A stretch of DNA of 64,000 bases from Candidatus Moraniibacteriota bacterium (GTDB lineage: Bacteria > Patescibacteriota > Minisyncoccia > Moranbacterales > UBA1568), in the NCBI GenBank assembly GCA_052034935.1, contig JBPOIB010000008.1, positions 2,511-66,510 on the forward strand, in the 5' to 3' direction. Below the pieces are notes generated by a model. The model searched no databases. It saw only the letters and a list, made by a program, of their open reading frames with translations, and was not told the origin of the DNA. The position numbers and the translations under genes are program-made. The first letter of the stretch is position 1. Each line of letters begins with the position of its first letter. This document shows, one piece after another, positions 18,093-27,768 of the stretch.

Positions 18093-19022
18093 ATGTACGA
18101 CTGCATTATCGTTGGTGGCGGGCCGGGCGGAGTGGCGGCGGGTATCTATGCCGCCAGAAAGCAGATGAAAGCACTTTTCATCACCGAAAACTTTCTCAGT
18201 CAATCGGTCGTCTCCGCCTCGATCGAGAACTGGATCGGGACCGTGACGATACCTGGCTGGGAATTCGGTCAGTCGCTCGAGAAGCACCTCCGGGCGCAGG
18301 AGGATCTAGAAATTAAGACGGGCGAACGCGCGACCGAACTCGAAGAGTTGCCGTCCGGTGGCTATGCGCTCGTGACTAACAAGGAACGGTATGAGACGAA
18401 AACCGTTATCATTGCGACTGGCGGCCGGCATCGCCATCTGGATGTCCCAGGAGAAGAAAAATTTGTCGGTAAAGGGGTTGTCTTCTGCTCGACCTGTGAT
18501 GCGCCGTTCTTCAAGCTGAAGAAGGTCGCGGTTATCGGCAGCGGCAATTCGGCGCTCGAGGCAGTCGAGGATTTGATGCCCTATGCAAGCGAGATTATTT
18601 TGATTTCACGGAGTGGCGAGCTCAAGGGTGATAAGGTGACCCAAGAGAAAATTCTTGTTTCACCGAAAGTGAAGGTTATTTATAACGGTGAAACGACGGA
18701 AGTCCTCGGTGATACTCGCCTTGAGGGGCTTCGTTACAAAGATAAGGTGAGTGGCGAAATCAGAGATTTAGTGGTTGACGGCGTTTTTGTGGAAATCGGT
18801 ATGGTACCGAATACTGAGTTCGTGAAGGATATGCTCGAACTTAATGAGCGAGGAGAAATCGTGCTCGATACGCGTAAGGCCTCGACGTCAAAGCCAGGCA
18901 TCTTTGCAACCGGCGATGCGACGGATGCGCCATATAAACAGAACAATATTTCGGCTGGACTCGGCGTGACGGCGGCGCTCGCAGCGTATGATTTCGTTCG
19001 GAAGGGTGGTCAGACCGATTGA
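18093..19022 (+). CDS. trxB: thioredoxin reductase-like FAD oxidoreductase
   Basis: IIVGGGPGG, CSTCDAP (CxxC), VIGSGNSA, GIFATGD. Confidence 0.88.
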   Translation: MYDCIIVGGGPGGVAAGIYAARKQMKALFITENFLSQSVVSASIENWIGTVTIPGWEFGQSLEKHLRAQEDLEIKTGERATELEELPSGGYALVTNKERYETKTVIIATGGRHRHLDVPGEEKFVGKGVVFCSTCDAPFFKLKKVAVIGSGNSALEAVEDLMPYASEIILISRSGELKGDKVTQEKILVSPKVKVIYNGETTEVLGDTRLEGLRYKDKVSGEIRDLVVDGVFVEIGMVPNTEFVKDMLELNERGEIVLDTRKASTSKPGIFATGDATDAPYKQNNISAGLGVTAALAAYDFVRKGGQTD

Positions 19023-19302
19023 CAAGACGTCATTTCCTTGCTATACTGGTAAAGTAAAAGAATTGAGAGCGGGTGAAAGCCCGTTTTCTTTTTTTACCGT
19101 CTGATCAAAAGAATCAGGTGAAAACAGAATACAAAAATAAAAAGAAACGCGTCACAACGCTTTCAAACCCATGGAATGGGTGTCCCTATTCCAGCCGGCT
19201 AGCGCCAATTGGCCCTGCCGCAAACCACAACACTACCGCCCTCGACATAAACTGCGTGGGCGGTTCATTGTTTTTGGAGTCAAAAGTAAGCACTTTTTCG
19301 GC

Positions 19303-19331
19303 TTGAAAAGAGGGGTCTTTCGCGGTATACT
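19303..19331 (+). promoter_or_regulatory. murA promoter, probably leaderless transcript
   Basis: TTGAAA-17-TATACT with the ATG 7 nt downstream. Confidence 0.65.
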
Positions 19332-19338
19332 CGGTTCC

Positions 19339-20601
19339 ATGGACATCTTCCGCATTAGAGGGGGGAAACAACTCACCGGCAGGATTCCGGTCTATGGCCT
19401 GAAGAACGCGGCGACACCAATTATCGCGGCGACACTTCTGTCAAAGGAGCGCTCGGTGCTTGAAAATATCCCTCGAATCGAGGATGTTTTTCGCATGCTC
19501 GAAATCGTGGAAAGCTTAGGGGCAAAAGTCGAGTGGCTCAGCGAGCAAACAGTAGCCATTACGCCGGAAACGATTAGTCCAGCGCGAGTCGATCAAGAGA
19601 AAGTGAAGCGCTTGCGTTCCTCGATTCTTCTCTTGGGTTCACTGTCAGCACGTTTTGACCAGTTTGAACTCCGCCAGCCGGGAGGCTGTGTCATCGGTGC
19701 TCGACCAGTCGATGCGCATATCGATGCGTTGGCGAAACTCGGCGTGCATATTCGCTGTGAAGAAAAAGGCTATGTCATCGATGCTTCAGGTAGAGAAGCG
19801 GGAAAAGTTATTTTGAAAGAGTTCTCCGTAACGGCAACGGAAAATGCCATGATGCTCGCGGCAGCGCTCCCCGGCGAGACGGTGATAAAAATTGCTGCCG
19901 GTGAACCACACGTCATCGACCTTGGGCATTTCTTGGAAAAAATGGGAGCACAGATTTCAGGACTTGGTACCCACACCATCCGAGTGCGAGGCAAGTCAGT
20001 GTTAAGTGGGGCTACGCATGCGATCATACCGGACCATAATGAGGCAGCAACATTTCTTATCTTGGGTGTAGCGACAGGGAGTGAGATTACCGTCGAGCAC
20101 GCTCGGGCAGACGATCTTGATCTCGTCCTAGAAAAACTCAGAGACTTTGGCGCACGGTTCACTATCGTCGGCGATGCCATCACGGTTCACCCAGCTGAAA
20201 AACTTCAGTCGGTAGCTAAGATCATGACACAGCCGTACCCGGGCATTCCTACAGATATCCAAGCGCCACTTGCGGTGCTTGCGACCCAAGCTGAAGGTGA
20301 GACGCTTATTTTCGATACGATGTTTGAGGGACGATTCAACTATGTGCTCGAACTGGAAAAAATGGGAGCGAAACTGTCAGTTCTCAACCCTCACCAGCTC
20401 ATCGTGCATGGACCAACGCCGCTCAAGGGGACGGTGATCAAGAGTTTTGATCTTCGGGCCGGTGTCGCGCTTATCTTAGCGGCGCTTGCCGCTCAAGGCG
20501 AGACAGTGGTCGAGGATGTCTATCAGGTTGATCGTGGCTATGAAGAAATCGAGAAGCGACTATCAGCTGTCGGGGCAGAAATTACTCGCGAGACGCTTTA
20601 A
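19339..20601 (+). CDS. murA: UDP-GlcNAc 1-carboxyvinyltransferase
   Basis: KNAA, PGGCVIGARP, SVTATEN, PTDIQ, DLRAG, DRGYE. Confidence 0.96.
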   Translation: MDIFRIRGGKQLTGRIPVYGLKNAATPIIAATLLSKERSVLENIPRIEDVFRMLEIVESLGAKVEWLSEQTVAITPETISPARVDQEKVKRLRSSILLLGSLSARFDQFELRQPGGCVIGARPVDAHIDALAKLGVHIRCEEKGYVIDASGREAGKVILKEFSVTATENAMMLAAALPGETVIKIAAGEPHVIDLGHFLEKMGAQISGLGTHTIRVRGKSVLSGATHAIIPDHNEAATFLILGVATGSEITVEHARADDLDLVLEKLRDFGARFTIVGDAITVHPAEKLQSVAKIMTQPYPGIPTDIQAPLAVLATQAEGETLIFDTMFEGRFNYVLELEKMGAKLSVLNPHQLIVHGPTPLKGTVIKSFDLRAGVALILAALAAQGETVVEDVYQVDRGYEEIEKRLSAVGAEITRETL

Positions 20602-20610
20602 TCCCTCTCT

Positions 20611-21624
20611 ATGCACTGGCTCATCCGGAAAATTGGAATTGATTTAGGGACGGCGAATACACTCGTGTTCGTCCCGGGTGAGGGGATCGTCATCAATGAG
20701 CCTTCCGTGGTAGCGATTTCTCTTTTTGAAAACAAGGTGCTTGCTGTCGGTAACGAGGCAAAAGAAATGCTCGGCCGGACACCTGATACAATCGTGGCGA
20801 GCCAGCCGCTTCGCGATGGGGCGATCGCTGACTACCGGGTGACCGAGGCGATGCTCAAGTATTTCATCAACCGGGTCATGGGCCGGGTGCGATTCCTGCG
20901 TCCAGAAATTGTGCTGTCGGTACCGGCCGGTATTACTTCCACTGAACGGCGGGCTGTCGTAGATGCGGCGATCAAGGCCGGTGCGAAGGCAGCATATGTT
21001 GTGAAGGAACCAATTCTGGCTGCGATCGGTGCTGGCATCCCGATCCATACGGCACAGGGGAATATGATTATCAATGTCGGCGGCGGGACGTCGGAAATCG
21101 CCATTCTTTCTCTTGGCGGCGTGGTCGCTTCGCACAGTGCCCGGGTCGGCGGCAACAAGATTGATCAGGCAATCAGTGACTATATCAAACGTAAGTACAG
21201 TCTTGCGATCGGCGACCGGACAGCGGAAGAAGTGAAGATTGGTATCGGGTCGGCCATCGCCCAGGTGAAGGAGGATCATATGGAGGTCCGGGGTCGGGAC
21301 CTTATGGGTGGGCTGCCGAAAACGATCACACTTTCCTCGAATGAAGTGACCGAAGCGATTCAAGATGAATTGCGGGAAATCATTAATGTCATCAAGCAGG
21401 TGCTGCAGGAGACGCCGCCGGAGCTTGCAGCTGATATCATGGACAAGGGGATGGTGCTTTCGGGCGGGACGGCGCAGCTTCGTTATCTCGACCAGCTCAT
21501 CGCCAAAACAATCAATGTCCCGTGTTATATCGCGGATGATCCTGCATTCTGTGTCGTGAAAGGTACGGGTATTGTTCTCGAAAATCTCGACACCTACAAG
21601 CGGAGCCTGATGCTCGGCAAGTAG
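20611..21624 (+). CDS. mreB: rod shape-determining protein MreB/Mbl
   Basis: IGIDLGTANT, EPSVVA, NVGGGTSE, TPPELAADI. Confidence 0.95.
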   Translation: MHWLIRKIGIDLGTANTLVFVPGEGIVINEPSVVAISLFENKVLAVGNEAKEMLGRTPDTIVASQPLRDGAIADYRVTEAMLKYFINRVMGRVRFLRPEIVLSVPAGITSTERRAVVDAAIKAGAKAAYVVKEPILAAIGAGIPIHTAQGNMIINVGGGTSEIAILSLGGVVASHSARVGGNKIDQAISDYIKRKYSLAIGDRTAEEVKIGIGSAIAQVKEDHMEVRGRDLMGGLPKTITLSSNEVTEAIQDELREIINVIKQVLQETPPELAADIMDKGMVLSGGTAQLRYLDQLIAKTINVPCYIADDPAFCVVKGTGIVLENLDTYKRSLMLGK

Positions 21625-21654
21625 CGACGCCATTTTTCACCTGACTGCTTTTCT

Positions 21655-22764
21655 ATGCGAATCGGTATCGATGCTTCCCGGGCTTTTCTGAAGCGGCGGA
21701 CGGGGATTGAAGAGTATAGCTATCGGGTCATCGAACATCTTCGGGATGAAATTCCGACTGAACAAGTTACGCTCTATGTTCAGAAGAGGCTCGTTTTTGA
21801 AAATGGGCGGCTCCGGTTCGTATGGCCCAGAATAGACTTTGAGATTCCCACGGCGTGGCGAGTAAAAGGGTTGTGGGCGCCACGGTTCTGGACTCAAGCG
21901 AGACTTTCACTTGAAATGCTTATCACTGCTCCTGATGTACTCTTCATCCCAGCGCATACCGTACCCGTGATCCATCCGCGGAAAACGATTGTGACCATTC
22001 ATGGCCTCGAGTACGAGTTTTCACCGGAGAGCTATAGCTTCTGGGAGCGTCTCTATATGCGACTGTCGATCCGCTACTCGGTCTTTGCAGCCAGTCAGAT
22101 CATTGCCGTCTCGGAAAATACGAAGCGAGACCTGATTCGGCTCTATGTCGTCCCGGAAGAAAAGATAAAAGTCCTCTACGAGGGATTCACCAAACCCCTA
22201 TTCGATAATCAGGCTACTGAAAAAAGAGCGACCCCCTACTTTTTCTTTGTTGGCCGCCTTGAGACGCGCAAGAATATCATCCGGGTAATTGAAGCTTTCG
22301 AAGTGTTCAAAACAAAAACTGGTTCGCTACATCAACTGATACTGGCGGGAAAGCCGGGCTATGGCTATGGGGTGATTCAAGAAAAGATTGGAGCCTCAAA
22401 ATATAAAGAAAATATTTGTGAAGTAGGCTATGTAAGTGAAGAAGAAAAGTGGCGACTGCTGAAAAATTCTGAAGCGTTCCTCTTTCCTTCGCTTTATGAA
22501 GGGTTCGGATTGCCAGTTATCGAAGCGCAGAGCGTGGGCGTCCCAGTGATTACTGCAAATACCTCGTCACTGCCAGAAATCGTCGGGGAGGGTGCGATAT
22601 TAGTCAGCCCGCCGAACGTTTCGGCACTAGCAGAAGCGATGGAAGAACTGGTCAAGAATCAAGCGAAAAGGGCTGATATAATAGACAAAGCGACCCGGAA
22701 TGCTGGTCACTTCAGTTGGGCACGTTGCGCTCGGGGGGTGGCCGATCTTCTCGTGGGGTCCTAG
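21655..22764 (+). CDS. GT4 glycosyltransferase
   Basis: [26 protein letters not shown]. Confidence 0.92.
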   Translation: MRIGIDASRAFLKRRTGIEEYSYRVIEHLRDEIPTEQVTLYVQKRLVFENGRLRFVWPRIDFEIPTAWRVKGLWAPRFWTQARLSLEMLITAPDVLFIPAHTVPVIHPRKTIVTIHGLEYEFSPESYSFWERLYMRLSIRYSVFAASQIIAVSENTKRDLIRLYVVPEEKIKVLYEGFTKPLFDNQATEKRATPYFFFVGRLETRKNIIRVIEAFEVFKTKTGSLHQLILAGKPGYGYGVIQEKIGASKYKENICEVGYVSEEEKWRLLKNSEAFLFPSLYEGFGLPVIEAQSVGVPVITANTSSLPEIVGEGAILVSPPNVSALAEAMEELVKNQAKRADIIDKATRNAGHFSWARCARGVADLLVGS

Positions 22765-22823
22765 TGACGAGGCTCGTGCTCCCCGAGGACTACACTCACT
22801 GCACATAAATTCAATATTCAGAT

Positions 22824-23933
22824 ATGGTCGAGAATAAGTCTCAAAAAATAGCCTTGGCGCATGATTTCCTTCTTGCGTGGGGCGGAGCGGAGCGGACTTT
22901 CCGGGTCATGGCCGACATGTATCCCGAAGCACCGATTTATACGCTTTTAGCGGACAAGGATTTTGCCGCAAAGCATTTTCCTGGTCGTGAGATTCGGACT
23001 TCATTTCTTCAAAAACTGCCACGCTGGCTCCGCCGGCATCACCGTTTTCTTCTGCCGCTCTACTCGGTCGCGGTTGAAGCAATCGATCTCCGTGATTTTG
23101 ACTTGGTCGTTTCAAGCTCGGGAGCCTGGATGAAGGGGCTCATTACGCGGCTTCATACGCGCCATATCGCCTACCTCCATTCGCCGATGCGCTATGTTTG
23201 GGACAGTCAAGAGCGGTATCTGCGCGAGATTGGGAGAGAGAAAAGCCTCGTTGTCCGGATGATTCTTTCGTATCTTCGGGTTTGGGACCGCCAGTCAGCA
23301 GAGCGCCCCGACCGCTTGATTGTCAATTCTCTGTTCACTCAGAAACGCGTAGAGAAATACTATCGCCGGGATTCGGAAATCATTTCGCCACCAGCTGGCG
23401 TACTCAGTGAGACCGCTGAATTAGATAGTGAGAAGCCGAAGGAATATTTTCTCGTTGTCGCTCGGCTGACTCGATCAAAACGGGTCGACGCTGTGATTGA
23501 AGCATTCAATCGGCTTCAACTCCCGCTTCTTGTTGTTGGGACCGGTCCTGAAGAGCGGTCGCTCAAAGAAATTTCTGGTCCGACTGTCCGCTTCGCTGGA
23601 GCGGTGAGTGATGAAAAACTCGTTGACTGCTACCAGCGAGCACGAGCCGTCATTCAGCCAAGTGAGGAGGACTTCGGTATGGTTATCGCGGAGGCATTCT
23701 CTTTCGGTGTGCCAGCAATCGCTCTGGGGAGCGGAGCGGCAAAAGAATTCATCCAGCCAGGAGTTACGGGCGAACTCTATATCGGGGAAACGGCCGAAAT
23801 GATTGCTGACGGCGTGCGTCGATTTCTCGAACGAGAGGAAAAATACCAGTCATCCGTAATACGCGAGCGAGCGGTGGGATATGATAAAGAGGTTTTTATT
23901 GAGAAAATGCAGTGCTTCATACATGGAAACTAA
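22824..23933 (+). CDS. GT4 glycosyltransferase
   Basis: WGGAER, HSPMRYVWD, EEDFGMVIAEA. Confidence 0.92.
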   Translation: MVENKSQKIALAHDFLLAWGGAERTFRVMADMYPEAPIYTLLADKDFAAKHFPGREIRTSFLQKLPRWLRRHHRFLLPLYSVAVEAIDLRDFDLVVSSSGAWMKGLITRLHTRHIAYLHSPMRYVWDSQERYLREIGREKSLVVRMILSYLRVWDRQSAERPDRLIVNSLFTQKRVEKYYRRDSEIISPPAGVLSETAELDSEKPKEYFLVVARLTRSKRVDAVIEAFNRLQLPLLVVGTGPEERSLKEISGPTVRFAGAVSDEKLVDCYQRARAVIQPSEEDFGMVIAEAFSFGVPAIALGSGAAKEFIQPGVTGELYIGETAEMIADGVRRFLEREEKYQSSVIRERAVGYDKEVFIEKMQCFIHGN

Positions 23934-24804
23934 GGAATCAGTAGCTATCTGCGGGCATAGTGATGTCCGCGTGTCGCTCGAGCGGATCGCACGAGTAGCG
24001 AATCCTCCCCAGAGCTTCCTTTTTTCTGGGCCGAAGCATCTCGGCAAGTCACTGGTCGCTCGGGAATTTGCTGGAAGATTGATTGGTACGCCCATTTCTC
24101 AAGGTGTTTTCCATCCCGATCTGCTCATCCTCGATGAGGCTCATGATGATTCTGACGATCAGACCGCGGCACTCTCAGTCGAAAAAGTCAGAGAGATGCA
24201 ACTTTTTTTATCCCGTTTTCCAGAGAAAGGCCGTTATCGGGTCGTCTTGATTGATAATGCTGAACGTCTGACAAAATCAGCAGAAAATGCGTTGCTCAAG
24301 GCGCTGGAAGAGCCGAATACATCGTCGGTTATCATCCTCGTCTCAGCCCATCCCGGGAAGCTTCTACCGACTGTCCGTTCACGCCTCTTTCCGGTCGCTT
24401 TTTCTTTGCTCGCGCCCGAAGAGCTGCAGAGATTCTTTCCCCGAGCCGCTCATCTACCAGAATTCTTCTTCTCCCTTGGTCTGCCCGGACTCGTAAAACA
24501 GGCTGTCGACGAGCCTGAAGCATTCGATGTGACGAAGGGACAGCTGAGGGGGCTGTTTCAGCTTTCTCGGCTTTCCTGGGCTGAACGAATCACGCTCGCT
24601 GAGCAGTTGGCTGCAGCGCCTGAGACAATCGAGGATATTCTCGATATCTGGCTCATCGGACTCTCTCGCCGCCAGAATCTATCGGAGAATCGCTCCCGGA
24701 CAGAGGCTCTTTTCCTTGAGAGAGTGATCGAAACGATTGATTTCATATCGAGCCATCAGGGAAATCCCCGACTTTCGATGGAGCGACTTTTCACTTCACT
24801 CTAA
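23923..24804 (+). CDS. holB: DNA polymerase III delta' subunit-like clamp-loader protein
   Basis: FLFSGPKHLGK, HPDL, NALLKALEEP, LPTVRSR. Confidence 0.85.
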   Translation: METKESVAICGHSDVRVSLERIARVANPPQSFLFSGPKHLGKSLVAREFAGRLIGTPISQGVFHPDLLILDEAHDDSDDQTAALSVEKVREMQLFLSRFPEKGRYRVVLIDNAERLTKSAENALLKALEEPNTSSVIILVSAHPGKLLPTVRSRLFPVAFSLLAPEELQRFFPRAAHLPEFFFSLGLPGLVKQAVDEPEAFDVTKGQLRGLFQLSRLSWAERITLAEQLAAAPETIEDILDIWLIGLSRRQNLSENRSRTEALFLERVIETIDFISSHQGNPRLSMERLFTSL

Positions 24805-24819
24805 ATTCCGAGAACGAAC

Positions 24820-25734
24820 ATGTTTACGCCGAAGAAAAACGATCGTCGAACGATTTTCAAGAAGGCGATGCTCGTGCGCGAGAAGCGGGCTCCGCTCCGC
24901 CGGTCGGTGACTGAAAAAACACCGCTACTTTCGCTGTGGTCGGCCATCTTCTTGTGGTCTTCATTCGGGATCGTCACTGGACATATGCTGTTTTTTTCGC
25001 CGGTTCTTTCGGTAGAAACGGTCGAAGCACGTGGTGAGAGTATTCTCCCGCTTTCTGAATACGAAGAGTTCGTGAGACGATCCATTGAAGGTCGGTATCT
25101 TTCTGTTTTGCCGAAAAACAATTTCTTGCTCGTGCCCGTCCGATCGATTGAAGACGAACTGCGACGTCAGTATCCGAAGCTGTCGCGAGTCTCGGTCCAA
25201 CGGACATTTCCGTCAACGGTTCGTATATTCATCGACGAGGATCCACTTCTTCTGCTCTGGTGCTCCGGCGGACCGTGTTATGGTCTCCGCGACGGCCGGT
25301 CAATAACATTGCCGACAGCTGATGATTCACGTTACGACCAAGTCAGGCTTTCGGTTGTCGATGAGAGTGCGCTCCCAGTGACAGCAGGAGAGAATCTTCC
25401 TGTTAATGACTATCTCTCTAGTTTCAGCTTTTTTTTCCACGAGTTGCCAGCGATTCTGCCGATCCGGGTCAGAAATCAGTCGTCCACTCCGTCGCGTCAC
25501 TCGAACGAGCTCGTATTCTCGACTGATGAAGGATGGCGAATTCACATCGCGACTGATCGGCCGGCTGAATCCAGTCTCCGTTCGCTCCAGCTTTTTCTTG
25601 ATGAATATACCAAGGATCATCCTGATCGGACCAACTTGGCATGGATCGATCTCCGGGTCGAGGGAAAGATTTTCTTTGCTGATAAGAGCGCTCCTTCGGA
25701 AGAAGCTCTTCTGAAAGAAGAGAAAAAAGACTGA
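24820..25734 (+). CDS. FtsQ/DivIB-like cell division protein
   Basis: single TM, POTRA-like region (VSVQRTFPSTVRI), C-terminal WIDLRVEGKIFF. Confidence 0.7.
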   Translation: MFTPKKNDRRTIFKKAMLVREKRAPLRRSVTEKTPLLSLWSAIFLWSSFGIVTGHMLFFSPVLSVETVEARGESILPLSEYEEFVRRSIEGRYLSVLPKNNFLLVPVRSIEDELRRQYPKLSRVSVQRTFPSTVRIFIDEDPLLLLWCSGGPCYGLRDGRSITLPTADDSRYDQVRLSVVDESALPVTAGENLPVNDYLSSFSFFFHELPAILPIRVRNQSSTPSRHSNELVFSTDEGWRIHIATDRPAESSLRSLQLFLDEYTKDHPDRTNLAWIDLRVEGKIFFADKSAPSEEALLKEEKKD

Positions 25735-25774
25735 AAAATACCACCGATACGCTAAGCGATCGGAGGTATTTTTT
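25734..25774. terminator. bidirectional terminator between convergent genes
   Basis: AAAAATACCACCGAT...ATCGGAGGTATTTTT. Confidence 0.7.
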
Positions 25775-25786
25775 ATAGGAGGCGGA

Positions 25787-27727
25787 TTATTCTCCGCTCT
25801 CGAGCTCTTCGGGCGAGATGTAGAAGACGAATATCGAGTCTCCGACGCGGAAGTCAGGCACCCTTCCTTTGAGCCAGGCGTAGGATAGCTCTCCAGGCGC
25901 GAGCGTCTTGTACAGATTTTCCTGTAGAAATCCGATCGAGATGCCATACCAGCCAGCTTCCGGAGGAAGTGTCGAATGCCAACCTTTGTATTTGTCACCA
26001 AGCTGCCATTTTCCGCTCGATCCGCCGAAGTAGTCGACCCGGATTGTGTCAATCGGAATCTCTTTGGGAGTCGTCATCGAACGGAACGGTTCACAGAGCG
26101 GATTGGCGAATTGATTGGCTACGCAGTCATTGTAGTTGTCGACGAAGCCGCGGAGACGCCGCAGGTCCTGTCCCCAGTCGTAGTTCGAGTCGGTAACATA
26201 GCGGTAGCCGTTCGCGTGTCCGCCACCGATCGCATTGAAGTAGGAGAGATAGCTCGGGTAGGAGAGTATCGGAATGGCGATGATCGAGAAGGTTGCGCAA
26301 GAGAGGAGGATGCGAAGAACTCGGTGGGTCGCCGGCTGGTCGCTTGCGCGCTTCAGGATGTCGAAGACAACTTTAGCGACGAGAACATAGATGAAGGGGA
26401 GAATCGGGAAGAGGTGACGATAGCCGATGTTCAGATTGCCAGTAATGCTCACATAGCTGTAGAACAGGATAAAAAACACCATCAGGTACTGAGTGATCCG
26501 CTCTCGGAATGAAGTCATGACCAGACTGATGAGGCTCTCCCCCTCGCGGGTCAGGAGGCGGAGCCAGATGCGGTAGCCGCTGTAGAGTGTCGCCGTCAAG
26601 AGGAGGAAAAGCATCGGGATAGTCTCCTTCAGGACGAAGACAAGCGGGAAGTAGAGCTGGGAGGCAGTTTTCGATACTTCACCGAGGAAGTAGTAGGTAT
26701 TGCCACCGGCGACTCGAGCGAAGACCATGAAGACACCGAGGAAGTATTCGGCGAATGGCTTCATGATTTCCCATTGACTCATGGCGACGACGGTTGTCTC
26801 GGCAAACTGGCCGACAGCCCGAGTATTCGGGAATTGGGCGCGGGCGGTCTCGGCGATCACTTCAGCCGGCATCTGCACTGTGTTGAAGAAATAGAGAATC
26901 CAAATCGCAACAAAGCAGATCGCAACACTGCCCATGTACTTCAGACCGTAAAAGAAAGCATTCTTGAAGCGGGTCTTCCATGCACCGGGAACGGCCTCGA
27001 CGGCCACACAAAATCCGTAGGCAACGGCGAACATACCGAAAATTGGAAACAGGAGCACTGCTGAGAATTTGGCGAGCTGAGCGAGACCGAGGAAGAGTCC
27101 GGACCAGAAAATATTTTTCTTGCTCGGATCCTTGAGGAAACGGACGAAGTAGTAGAAGGAGAAGAAGATAAAGGCGGCGATGCCGATATCGGTCGTGACG
27201 TAGTGACTATGGGCGATGATATTCGGATCGAAGAAGTAAAGGAGAGCGGCGAAGAGTCCGGCGACGGTACCAGCGAGTTCCCTGGTCCAGCGGAAGATGA
27301 AAAAGCCAAGGAGAAGTGAGACGAGGATGAAGGGGAATCGGGCCCAGAATGTGACAAGATTAGCATCATTGCCGTTGAGGTGGAGAATCTTATCGCCGAA
27401 TTCCCACTGGGCCAGTCCCCAGGTGCGCGCGGCTCCCTCGGGAAATTTTGAATGATCGAGCCAGTCGCCGCTTTCCCAGAGTGGATCGGATTTCGGCATC
27501 GCGGGGTCGAGCGGGAGAATGGCCAGTCCGGCGAAATCTTTCAGGAGCGGTGGGTGCTCAGGATTGATGCGCATATCCTGATATTTCACATAGCTATAAC
27601 CGGCAGGAATATGGGCTTTCTCATCCATGGTCGTTGATTCCTGATACGAAACGAGGATGGAAAGCGCAAAAAAGGCGACCATCATGAGAGCGAGGAGTTG
27701 TGGCGCGAGACGTTTGAGATTCTCCAT
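25787..27727 (-). CDS. GT-C (PMT/ArnT-like) membrane glycosyltransferase
   Basis: TTMDEKAHIPAGY, NPEHPPL, many TM helices, DSNYDWGQD. Confidence 0.85.
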   Translation of the reverse strand: MENLKRLAPQLLALMMVAFFALSILVSYQESTTMDEKAHIPAGYSYVKYQDMRINPEHPPLLKDFAGLAILPLDPAMPKSDPLWESGDWLDHSKFPEGAARTWGLAQWEFGDKILHLNGNDANLVTFWARFPFILVSLLLGFFIFRWTRELAGTVAGLFAALLYFFDPNIIAHSHYVTTDIGIAAFIFFSFYYFVRFLKDPSKKNIFWSGLFLGLAQLAKFSAVLLFPIFGMFAVAYGFCVAVEAVPGAWKTRFKNAFFYGLKYMGSVAICFVAIWILYFFNTVQMPAEVIAETARAQFPNTRAVGQFAETTVVAMSQWEIMKPFAEYFLGVFMVFARVAGGNTYYFLGEVSKTASQLYFPLVFVLKETIPMLFLLLTATLYSGYRIWLRLLTREGESLISLVMTSFRERITQYLMVFFILFYSYVSITGNLNIGYRHLFPILPFIYVLVAKVVFDILKRASDQPATHRVLRILLSCATFSIIAIPILSYPSYLSYFNAIGGGHANGYRYVTDSNYDWGQDLRRLRGFVDNYNDCVANQFANPLCEPFRSMTTPKEIPIDTIRVDYFGGSSGKWQLGDKYKGWHSTLPPEAGWYGISIGFLQENLYKTLAPGELSYAWLKGRVPDFRVGDSIFVFYISPEELESGE

Positions 27728-27768
27728 ACGATTTGGTGTGATGAGGATGAATGACGGATTAGTATTGA

